Positions 7,833 to 16,426 of a DNA stretch of 64,000 nucleotides are shown here, one piece after another (position 1 is the stretch's first letter; each line of letters begins with the position of its first letter). Position numbers and translations under genes: made by a program. Source of the DNA: an uncultured delta proteobacterium (lineage in GTDB: Bacteria; Myxococcota_A; Polyangia; Fen-1088). The notes under the pieces are model-generated. The model was given only the letters and a program-made list of their open reading frames with translations, was not told the DNA's origin and made no database searches. The stretch spans positions 42,018-106,017 of the forward strand of contig CAVTRY010000002.1 of the NCBI GenBank assembly GCA_963737265.1, written 5' to 3'.

Positions 7833-10330
7833 TTGGGAGAAAATGATCAGCAGGATCTTTTCGCCAAGGCGATCGACGAATCCGAGGCGGAACTTGAGCG
7901 CCTGACCCGCACCGGGGCCGAGGCGCGCGCGAAGGTTATGGCCCTGCGACAATCGCTGACTGATGTCGCACCGATTCGCTCGGACGTAACCCCAATGGCC
8001 CAGTCCATGCCGCCGCGGAAATCCATGGGGAAGGTCCGTATCTTCGGGGAACGCTTCCGTGGTCGTTCCGATGTCTTCCCGCGACGGTGGGAAAACGCCA
8101 AGTCGCACAAGTCTGGTTACTCGCCAGCCTGCGGAAACGAATGGGTCCACGGTCTCTGCGGCAAGCCGAAATTAGGTGCTCTGAATGTCCGAATCAGGCA
8201 TTCCTGCCTCTGGATGATCACGCATTGCTCGGTCATCTGACGGGCAAGCATACCATCGGCGTGTACGCGCTGTTGCCCGGTGACACATGCTGGTTTGTCG
8301 CAGCAGACTTCGACGAAGCCGGCTGGAAAGACGATGTCTCCGCTTTTTCTGAAACATGTAGGAAGGCGGGCCTTCCAGTCGCCATCGAACGTTCGCGCTC
8401 CGGCAATGGAGCGCACGCCTGGTTCTTCTTCGCCGAGCCGATTCCGGCCTGTCATGCGCGGCAAATGGCTTCCTTCCTTCTGACAGAAACCATGTCCCGG
8501 CGGCACGAACTGAGTCTCCAGTCCTACGATCGGTTGTTCCCTTCGCAGGACACCCTGCCGCGGGGCGGGTTCGGAAACCTTATAGCCTTGCCGTTCCAAC
8601 ACCAACCTCGCCAAAATGGAAATTCCCTATTCCTCGACGACGATTTGGAGCCCTTCGGCTGGGAAGAACAGTGGCGGTTCCTGGCGTCGGTGCCACTGCT
8701 GGCCGCAGACCAGGTGCGAAGGATCGCCGACGAAGCTTCTCGCAGCGGTCGCGCACTCGGAGTCCGCGCGCCCGAGTCCGAAGACGAGGACCTGCTACCG
8801 CCTGCGCGCAAAGGCCGGGATGGAGCCCCACCGATCACAGTCCCGTTGCCACCCGAAATCCCCGCCAGCTTGGCCGAACGGATAGTTGTCGTGAAAGCCG
8901 GCCTTCCTTCGGCTCTGATAAGCCGTCTCAAGCGTTTGGCCGCCTTCCAGAATCCAGAATTCTACAAGCGACAGCGCTTCCGGCTCTCGACGGCACTCGT
9001 GCCCCGCGTGATCTCGTGCGCCGAGGAGTCCTCAACAAACCTAATGCTGCCGCGAGGGTGTCGTGGTGACATTGAGGCGCTGCTCCTCGCCAACAACTCC
9101 CGTCTGGTCCTCGATGATCGACGGCAATCAGGATCGCCAGCGCCATTCTCATTCCGCGGCGAGCTGACGGCTCGACAACGCGAGGCCGCCGATGCGGTGT
9201 TGGGCCAGGACTTTGGCGTTCTCGTCGCCCCACCAGGTGCCGGCAAGACGGTGATCGGGACCTACCTCATCGCCGCGCGTAGGGTGAATTCCCTCGTCCT
9301 CGTGCACCGATGGCCATTGCTGGATCCGTGGGTAAGCAAGCTTGCCATGTTCCTGGGCCTCCCCATCAACGAGATTGGCCAGTTCGCCGGTGGAAGGAAG
9401 AAGGGAAATGGGCGACTGGACGTTGCCATGATTCAGAGCCTGTCTCGCGACGACGACGCGGGAGAGCGCCTGGCAGGCTACGGCCAAGTCATCGTTGACG
9501 AGTGTCACCATGTGCCGGCTTTCTCGTTCGAGCGCGTGATCAAAAAGGTAAAGGCTCGATTTCTGGTCGGGCTGACCGCTACGCCCCGAAGGCGGGATGG
9601 ACATCATCCAATCTGCGAGATGCAACTCGGCCCTGTCGTATTCGCATTCGACGCCAAGGCCGAGGCAGCGGCGCGACCCTTCGAGCACAAACTGATTCCA
9701 CGCGAAACCGCATTCACCAATTCGAAACCGGATCTCAGCATTCAGGAGATCTGCCGGGAATTGGCCAGCGACCAGTCCCGCAACGAAATGATTGTCCGTG
9801 ACGTCGCTCATGCCCTCGATGGAGGCCGTGTTCCTCTCGTCCTCACTGAACGAAAGGACCACCTCAACCTGCTCGCCGAGTTGCTTCGGAGTGTCAGTCG
9901 TCATGTCATCGTCATGCGCGGCGGGATGGTTGCCAGCGAGAATCGCGCCGTTTTCGAACGCCTGACCAGACAAGCCGCTTCTGGTGAACGAGTCATCATC
10001 GCCACGGGCCGCTACATCGGGGAGGGCTTCGACGATGCCAGACTTGACACCCTGTTTTTGACCATGCCGATTTCAGGGAGGGGAACCTTGATCCAGTACA
10101 CGGGTCGGATCCACCGGCTGCACCCAGCCAAGCAAGATGTCCGCATCTACGACTACGTTGATGTTCAGGTGCCTGTGCTCACCCGAATGTTTGCCAAGCG
10201 TCTGCGTGGCTATCGCTCGCTCGGCTACGCCCAAGATGAAGCGCCATTGGGTTTCGGTGAGATCGACGACGACTTCGTTCTCGGCCGGGATTGGGCAGAA
10301 ACGGACGGCGACGACGATGAGCTGGCGTAG
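7833..10330 (+). pseudogene. TOTE-type archaeo-eukaryotic primase domain fused to an SF2 (DEAD/ResIII-like) helicase; one frameshift near 8170
   Basis: FRGRSDVFPRRW..SGYSPAC.NEW..CGKPK in one frame continues as IRCSECPNQ in another (one A missing in CCGAAATT). AADFD, SRSGNGAH, GNLIALP, APPGAGKT, DECHH, QYTGRIHR motifs. The frameshift may be an assembly error. Confidence 0.8.
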
Positions 10331-10549
10331 GTTTATCCCCAGTTCGGCAACGGCCATCGTTTCGTAGCTTCCCATCGGCCCCGCCGGTGGGTCGCGAGCC
10401 TACGTGAGAGCCGATACTAAGGGAGTCACATGTGGTCGAGAATTCGAGGATCTCGTGGGCGGACCGCGGGGCTAATTTGACACATGGTTCTGCCACCTCG
10501 GCCGCCTGCGTTCCACCGTGCCATCGGATGTCCTTTCTCTCGACCAAGA

Positions 10550-10576
10550 ACGAGATCCGTTTGCTGCAATAGTGGT
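10550..10576 (+). repeat. Degenerate third copy of the arm-type motif
   Basis: ACGAGATCCGTTTGCTGCAATAGTGGT, 25/27 identical to 10731-10757. Confidence 0.65.
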
Positions 10577-10738
10577 CTTGGCCTGCGCGCCTGATCCATT
10601 AGTGGCGTCGTGGCCAACCGCAATCCGATCCACTCTGATCGCGCGCAATCCCGCGCGCACTTTGCCTGGGTTCAGCTGGCCCCGCCCTTGAAATTTCCGC
10701 CAGGCATCTGTGCGTCCATTCCATCGCGAAACGAGATT

Positions 10739-10760
10739 CGTTTGGTGCAATAGTGGTACA
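10739..10760 (+). repeat. Putative integrase arm-type site pair (right end)
   Basis: Identical to 3205-3226; an IHF-like AATCAG-CAGG-TTG at 10816-10828 lies between it and the core. Confidence 0.7.
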
Positions 10761-10944
10761 GAGAGCTGGCAATCCCCTGTTCGAACCATCTGATAAGCTC
10801 GAGATTCTCTAGCAGAATCAGCAGGTTGCGAATGGAATCCTGGGGAACGAGAACCTACCACCCTCGGCCAGCACGACTTCGGGTTAGCTTCACTCGCTGC
10901 CCTGAAATTTGCACGAATTCACGAATGAAACCGGGAAGTTACAG

Positions 10945-11018
10945 CGCGCCCGGAGGGAATCGAACCCCCAGCCCTCGGCTTCGAAGGCCGATGCTCTATC
11001 CAGTTGAGCTACGGGCGC
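10945..11018 (-). tRNA. tRNA-Arg (anticodon UCG), CCA not encoded
   Basis: GCGCCCGTAGCTCAACTGGATAGAGCATCGGCCT-TCG-AAGCCGAGGGCTGGGGGTTCGATTCCCTCCGGGCGCG folds as a full cloverleaf. Confidence 0.95.
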
Positions 11019-11039
11019 AAACGTTTCAATTTCAAATAC

Positions 11040-11550
11040 TTAGGCCAGTTGTCTAGATGCGGTGTCTGCCTGCATTCTGCCTATTCTCTGCCCAAGTGTA
11101 CCGCCAGGGTGCGCAAGATGTACCACGTTCCCCGTCGGACGGCTAAGATCTGCCGCCACCATGTCGAAGGCCTTGGGTATAACCCACTGCGATGCGAAGG
11201 TGTGGCGGGTGCATTGGTACAGCGTCATCTTGGGCAGCTCGCAAGCCTCCAGCGCCTTGGCCAGCGCCTTGTGCACGGTGCACGGGCGGATAAATTGGGC
11301 AGGGCGTCCAACGTCGGGCCGCCCGCCGCGGGTCGGGTGCGTCGGGTGAAGATCGGCCCCACGCCGCCGGTCTTCAGCTTCCACGCTTCCAAGATGGGCG
11401 TCAGTGACGTAGCGAGCGGCACGATCCGCGACTCGCGGTCTTGAGCATGCAGAGCTTCCCGTCTTGGACCTGCTGCCGCACGTGGAGCTTTCGGCCTGGC
11501 AGGTCGATGTCCTTCCAATGCATACCGAGGACTTCCTCGCAACGGAGGAA
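11040..11550 (-). pseudogene. Tyrosine integrase catalytic-domain remnant (frameshifted, 5'-truncated)
   Basis: Across frames: LRCEEVLGMHWKDIDL..., RESRIVPLATSL..., LPKMTLYQCTRHTFASQWV; the His/Tyr nucleophile segment appears to be missing. Confidence 0.8.
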
Positions 11551-11555
11551 AAATC

Positions 11556-12076
11556 ATGAGCACTCGCAATTTCACGACCTCTTTTACCGTCGACCAGTCC
11601 CCCGAAGAAGCCTTCGCAGCCGTCAACAACGTCCGTGAATGGTGGTCACAGGCAGTGGAAGGCGATACCGACAAACTGGGCGCCGTCTTCTATCACCACT
11701 ACCAGGACGTCCACCGCTGCACGCTCAAGATCACCGAGCTCGTGCCGGGCAAGAAAGTGGCCTGGCATGTCTTGCACAACGACTTCAACTTCATCAAGGA
11801 CAAGGCCGAGTGGAACGGCACCGACGTCATCTTCGATATCACGAAGAAAGGCGACAAGACCGAGCTCCGCTTCACGCACACCGGGCTCGTGCCTACCTAT
11901 GAGTGCTACGATGTCTGCTCGAACGCCTGGGGCCAGTACATCACCGGAACCTGCGCAAGCTCATCTCCACGGGAAAGGGCGATCCGAACCCTGTGGAGGT
12001 GCACGCCGGCCATCAGGAAGAGGTCGTGGCGAAAGTCCGTGAGATGAAGCGCAAGTTGCAGAGCGCGCAGGGATAG
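11556..12076 (+). pseudogene. SRPBCC (AHSA1-like) domain protein, frameshift near 11949
   Basis: WWS, ITELVPGKKVAW, EWNGT, LRFTHTGLVP..ECYDVCSNAW; the expected tail LRKLISTGKGDP is in another frame ending at TAG 12076. Confidence 0.75.
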
Positions 12077-12184
12077 GGAACACGAAACCGCTTCCTGCTC
12101 ATCTGGCCCATTGTCATTGTCGGTTTCAGTGGGCCACGCCTTTTTTGAATTCTTTGAATCCACATAAGCGAAAGGAGAACGAAG

Positions 12185-12460
12185 ATGGGAAAGCTCGTCA
12201 TCAGCGAGAATGTTTCGCTCGACGGAGTCGCACAGGACGCGACCCGCGAGGAAGGCTTCAAGCAAGGCGGATGGTTCCTCCAGGTCGGGATAAGGACCGT
12301 GCAGAGTGGGCCAAGGTCGCACTTGCGGAGGCACTGCACACCGAGGCGTTGCTGCTGGGCCGGCGCAGCTATGAGTTCTTCGCCGCCCGGTGGCCAGCGC
12401 GGAATGGCCCGCTTGCGGACAGGTTGAACAGCCTGCTCAAGTACGTCGTGTCCTCGACCG
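12185..12460 (+). pseudogene. Dihydrofolate reductase-like (RibD C-terminal) protein fragment
   Basis: MGKLVISENVSLDGV, frameshift near 12290, then LLLGRRSYEFFAARWP..LNSLLKYVVSST; similarity ends there. Confidence 0.75.
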
Positions 12461-12816
12461 ATGCCGCGGGTTCGAGCGGCAGGGAAGAAACGTCGATCTC
12501 GCCTCGGGCTGAGCCGACGATTGAACATTCCAAGTGCATCGCCGTCAGAATTCTGGGGCTGCTTCGCCCTCGGGGTCGACCGCATACGAGATCCAATCGC
12601 GATCAAACGTCTTGAAGTCACCATCAAGCATCTCGCCAGCGTCGCGATCCACGCGCAAGCAGTGCTCGAAAGGTTGGGGGGGGACGATTCACTCCTGGAA
12701 TCGACGAAAGCACGCGAATTCGCACAGTCGCGGCGATGTCGCCAGCGCAGCCAGACTGGGATCTTCCGGGAACTGTGGCGCCACCTCGCGAGGGACGTTC
12801 CACTCCGCTTCGCCCC

Positions 12817-12946
12817 AGGCCGATGCTCTGTCCAGTTGAGCTACGGGCGCAACCGTTTGAAATTTCAAATACTTAGGCAAGTTATCCAGTTATCCTGATG
12901 CAGCGTCCGCATGCGTTCTGCCTATTCTCTGCCCAAGTGTACCGCC
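12817..12946 (-). repeat. Displaced 5' half of tRNA-Arg(UCG) plus duplicated upstream arm
   Basis: 12817-12850 matches 10985-11018 at 33/34; 12916-12946 is identical to 11075-11105; TTTCAAATACTTA is present in both copies. Confidence 0.88.
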
Positions 12947-13003
12947 TGCTCGGCCGTCTACCGCAAGACCAAGGACATCCGCCTCACCCAGCCCTTTGCT
13001 GGC
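12941..13003 (+). pseudogene. Short scrap of a second tyrosine recombinase
   Basis: Translates TACSAVYRKTKDIRLTQPFAG, resembling the helix between HxxRH and the second His of Xer-like recombinases. Confidence 0.5.
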
Positions 13004-13023
13004 CCGCAGGCCTTGAGTAGGGT

Positions 13024-14589
13024 TCAGGGAGCGACCCAGATACTCACGTTCTGGAACGAGTCGACTAGTCGGTAGCCCTTGCCTGGCAAGTAGCCCGCAA
13101 CGGGCCAAGACGCCCAATTGCCTTGCACGAACAGGGACGGCACGTGCTGGTCCATCATTACCGCCACTTCGTCGTGGGTGGCAATGCCGACGCGGCGCCG
13201 CTCTTGGGGCGACAATCGGGGGGCGGCACGAAAACCGAAATCGTTGGCCAAGGTGGAAATGATCGGGGTTCGGGTCGTCACGAAATAGCCTGGCCACCAA
13301 CTGGCGCCCATGGGCCGGTTCGCGGCGTCGATTTTTCGCGCCACGGTCAGGATCGTCGGAATCGACCAGCGGGCCACGCGATCCTCGGTCCACACGCCGG
13401 GAACAGCCTCGCCCGTAACAACGTACCGCCTAAGATCGCGCACCCCGAAGAGCACGTAAGGGATCGCCAGCGCCACGACGAGTGGCCACGCTTTCCACCC
13501 GCGCAGTGAGGCAAAGACCGTCACAGCTTCGGCCACCAGGAACGGCATCAGCAAACAGAAATACTGCGGGTGGGCTGGACTCGGAACCAGGCTGACCAAG
13601 AACAAGGCCAACCACAGATAGGAAGTGAGCCGATTGCGGCTTGAAAAGGGAGAGAGCAAGGCGACGAGCGCTGCTACGGTCAAGCCGAGGAACTGCAAGC
13701 TTCCCGGCAATCGCCCCTTGCCGTTGAGGTAGAAAATGGACAACAAGGTTTCCTTCTTGTTGGGCAGGTTGGTGATGAACCCAGTTTGTCCGAACTCGCG
13801 GATGCTGTGGTAGGTCCAGTTGCCGAACGCGAAATTGTGCCAGTCGCGCAGAACATAGGGCACGAGCAAGAGCGCGCCGGCGAGCGCTCCCGCGGCCAAG
13901 GCCGCGACAAATTTCAGTCCGCGGCGCGAGATCCCGTGCCGGCGCAGGAGAAATAGCAGCGCGCAGGGGAAGGCCACCACGACGTACAGGCGGCATTCGA
14001 CGGCCAGCGCGAAGGCGAGTCCGCCGCACGCCACGACCAGCGGAGTCTGCGCGGCCTCCAGCAACAGAACCCCGAGCGCCAGCAGGAAGGCGGTGAGGCC
14101 GAAGGGCTTGGCGATGGCGAACCAACCTCCAACCCATCCGGTGATGAGGTACGCCACCGCGCCGACCGCGGCCCAGCGCTTGCGCTGGCACGTGCGCAAA
14201 AGGATCTCCAGGATCACGAGGCCCGTGCCCGCCGCAATCAAACTGGAAAGCAGCCGCGCACAGTACCAGCCGCGCCCGAACAGCCGGAAGCAAGTACCGT
14301 AGACGTGCACCCAAAACGGCATCTGCGGGTAGAAAAAGTCGGTATAGAGCCGCTTGCCCTCGGAAACCAGCCGCGCTGCCTGGAGGAGATATCCTTCGTC
14401 GCCATCGATCAGGCGCAGCCGGCCGATGGGAATGAAAAAAGCCACGAGCCCGAGGGCGACGATGAGCCGCAGCCACCAGCGCTTGGCCGCCGCCGGTGGG
14501 GCTTCCAACGCGCTGGCGAACTGTCGCCCGATCCCGGCCCAGGCACGTTGAAGAATGGATATTCCCACGCTGTCCTCCCTTAGCCCCAA
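13024..14589 (-). CDS. Polytopic membrane glycosyltransferase (GT-C / ArnT-PMT-like)
   Basis: Many hydrophobic segments; DGDEGYLL...LYTDFFYPQMP first-loop motif. Confidence 0.75.
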   Translation of the reverse strand: MGLREDSVGISILQRAWAGIGRQFASALEAPPAAAKRWWLRLIVALGLVAFFIPIGRLRLIDGDEGYLLQAARLVSEGKRLYTDFFYPQMPFWVHVYGTCFRLFGRGWYCARLLSSLIAAGTGLVILEILLRTCQRKRWAAVGAVAYLITGWVGGWFAIAKPFGLTAFLLALGVLLLEAAQTPLVVACGGLAFALAVECRLYVVVAFPCALLFLLRRHGISRRGLKFVAALAAGALAGALLLVPYVLRDWHNFAFGNWTYHSIREFGQTGFITNLPNKKETLLSIFYLNGKGRLPGSLQFLGLTVAALVALLSPFSSRNRLTSYLWLALFLVSLVPSPAHPQYFCLLMPFLVAEAVTVFASLRGWKAWPLVVALAIPYVLFGVRDLRRYVVTGEAVPGVWTEDRVARWSIPTILTVARKIDAANRPMGASWWPGYFVTTRTPIISTLANDFGFRAAPRLSPQERRRVGIATHDEVAVMMDQHVPSLFVQGNWASWPVAGYLPGKGYRLVDSFQNVSIWVAP

Positions 14590-14596
14590 AAGGTCT

Positions 14597-16309
14597 CTAC
14601 AGATACGGCGCGACCTTCGCCGGGTCTTTCACCACCAGGTAATCTTCGACGAACAGGGCATCGAGCCCGGTGGTCATAAGGCATTTGATGGCCTCGTCCA
14701 CGGTGTTGATGATGGGCTCGCCGCGGATGTTGAACGACGTGTTGAGCACGCAGTCCACGCCGGTGAGGCGACCGAATTCGCGGATGAGGCGGTAGTAGCG
14801 GGGATTCTGTTTCTCGTTCACGGTCTGCACACGCGCGGTGCCGTCCACGTGAGTGATGGCGGGCAGCACATCGATCATCTCGGGCCGGGTCGGGTAGGCG
14901 CGCAGCATGTACGGCGAAGGCACGTCGCTAGCAAAGTATTTGCCGCACGATTCCTCCAGCACCGACGGAGCGTAGGGCCGGAAGGGCTCGCGGAACTTTA
15001 CCGTGGCGTTGAGGAGATCCTTCATGTCCCTGCGCCGCGGATCCGCCACGATGGATCTGTTGCCGAGCGCGCGCGGACCGAATTCGGCGCGGCCCTGAAA
15101 CCACGCAATAATGAGTCCGTCGGCGACCATGCGCGCGGCCGTCAGCTCGGGCGCGAGCAGGGTGTGGTAGCGCAGCTGTCCGCGGTCGAGCACGGTGCGA
15201 ACTTGAGCCGGCGTGAAGCCCTGGCCGAGGTATTCGCTCGCGATTTCCATCGAGCGCTTGCCCTTGTTCAAAAGATGCTCGACCACCAGGGCCGCGCCCA
15301 CCGAGGTGCCGGTGTCGCCCGCCGCCGGGTAGAAGAAGAGCCTCTCGAAGTCGGTCTCGCGCATGAGTCGGCCGTTGGCCACGCAGTTGAGCGCCACGCC
15401 GCCAGCCAGGCACAGGTTCTTCGCACCGGTCAGCTCGCGAGCAACCCGCGCCAGGTGCAACATAGCTTCCTCGGTGACGGTCTGGAGCGCGAACGCGATG
15501 TCCTCGTGGCGCTTGTCGACCGCGCTCTCGGGCGCGCGCGGCGGCCCGAGCAGACTCACCAATTTTTCGCTGTAGCGATGCGGGCGCTCGTGAAAGTACT
15601 CGAAATACGACAGATCCAATTCGAATCCGCGCGGGCCGAGCGACACCAGCTTGCGCAGCTTGCCCACGTAGTCGCTGCCCTTGCCGTAGGAAGCCAGGCC
15701 CATGACCTTGCCCTCGCCGCTGTTGGCGCGAAAACCGAGATAGTCGGTGAGCGCGGCATAGAACGATCCGATGGAATGGGGAAAGTCGACCTCGGCCAGA
15801 AGCTCGAGGTTGCTGCCCCGGCCGCGGAAAATCGTCGTCGACTGGCGCTCGCCGTAACCGTCGGCGGTCAGAATCGCGGCGTCCTCGAAGGGAGAGGTGA
15901 AGAACGCAGCCGCTGCGTGGCACAGGTGGTGCGTGAGGTAGTGAATCGCCAGGCTCCGCCCCGACGCCAGCTGCACAGTCTGGGCGATGCTGCTTACCGG
16001 CTCGCCTAGGCGCGAAATCAACCGCGCCGGAACGCCGTACAGATATTCGAGGTGATGGCGAACCGAATTCGTCAGGCGACGCTGCGGCGCCTCGGCGTGG
16101 ATGCCGGGGTTCCAGAAAAACGCCACCGCGTCCAAGTCGCCGAGCTGCAATGCCTGCATTTTCAGGCAGAAGTCGATGGCCTTGTCGGGAAAAGCCGAGT
16201 CGTGCTTGAGGCGCGTAAAGCGCTCCTCTTGGCTAGCCGCGATAACCCGACCGTCGACCACCAGGGCGGCGGCGGCGTCGTTGGAATGATTGATGCCCAG
16301 GATCTTCAT
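14597..16309 (-). CDS. Carbamoyltransferase (CmcH/NodU family)
   Basis: EERFTRLKH, HHLCHAAAAF, EGKVMGLASYG, AGGVALNC, EFGPRALGNRSI, LNTSFN motifs. Confidence 0.93.
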   Translation of the reverse strand: MKILGINHSNDAAAALVVDGRVIAASQEERFTRLKHDSAFPDKAIDFCLKMQALQLGDLDAVAFFWNPGIHAEAPQRRLTNSVRHHLEYLYGVPARLISRLGEPVSSIAQTVQLASGRSLAIHYLTHHLCHAAAAFFTSPFEDAAILTADGYGERQSTTIFRGRGSNLELLAEVDFPHSIGSFYAALTDYLGFRANSGEGKVMGLASYGKGSDYVGKLRKLVSLGPRGFELDLSYFEYFHERPHRYSEKLVSLLGPPRAPESAVDKRHEDIAFALQTVTEEAMLHLARVARELTGAKNLCLAGGVALNCVANGRLMRETDFERLFFYPAAGDTGTSVGAALVVEHLLNKGKRSMEIASEYLGQGFTPAQVRTVLDRGQLRYHTLLAPELTAARMVADGLIIAWFQGRAEFGPRALGNRSIVADPRRRDMKDLLNATVKFREPFRPYAPSVLEESCGKYFASDVPSPYMLRAYPTRPEMIDVLPAITHVDGTARVQTVNEKQNPRYYRLIREFGRLTGVDCVLNTSFNIRGEPIINTVDEAIKCLMTTGLDALFVEDYLVVKDPAKVAPYL

Positions 16310-16426
16310 GCTTCACCTCGATGGCGCGGCCGACCGCACTGCGCGGGTTGCCGGCCAGCCTACCTTGCGACGGTAGCGTGGCCGCTAGGTGCGGTCAAAG
16401 AAGGACCCTGATAGTGTTCGTTCCCG

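Larger units (their letters stand above)
3048..10986. mobile_element. Genomic island integrated in tRNA-Arg(UCG), with no internal integrase
   Basis: Bounded by 43-bp direct repeats; arm-like repeats and IHF sites inside both ends; excisionase-like ORF; accessory cargo. Confidence 0.85.

Noticed and set aside
8160-8180. Programmed -1 frameshift in the primase-helicase
   Set aside because: No X-XXY-YYZ slippery heptamer; a single-base deletion or error is simpler.
3091-12816. Group I intron or split-tRNA interpretation of the tRNA halves
   Set aside because: An intact tRNA is present, the halves are ~9.7 kb apart, no intron core is visible, and att/integrase features explain the pattern.
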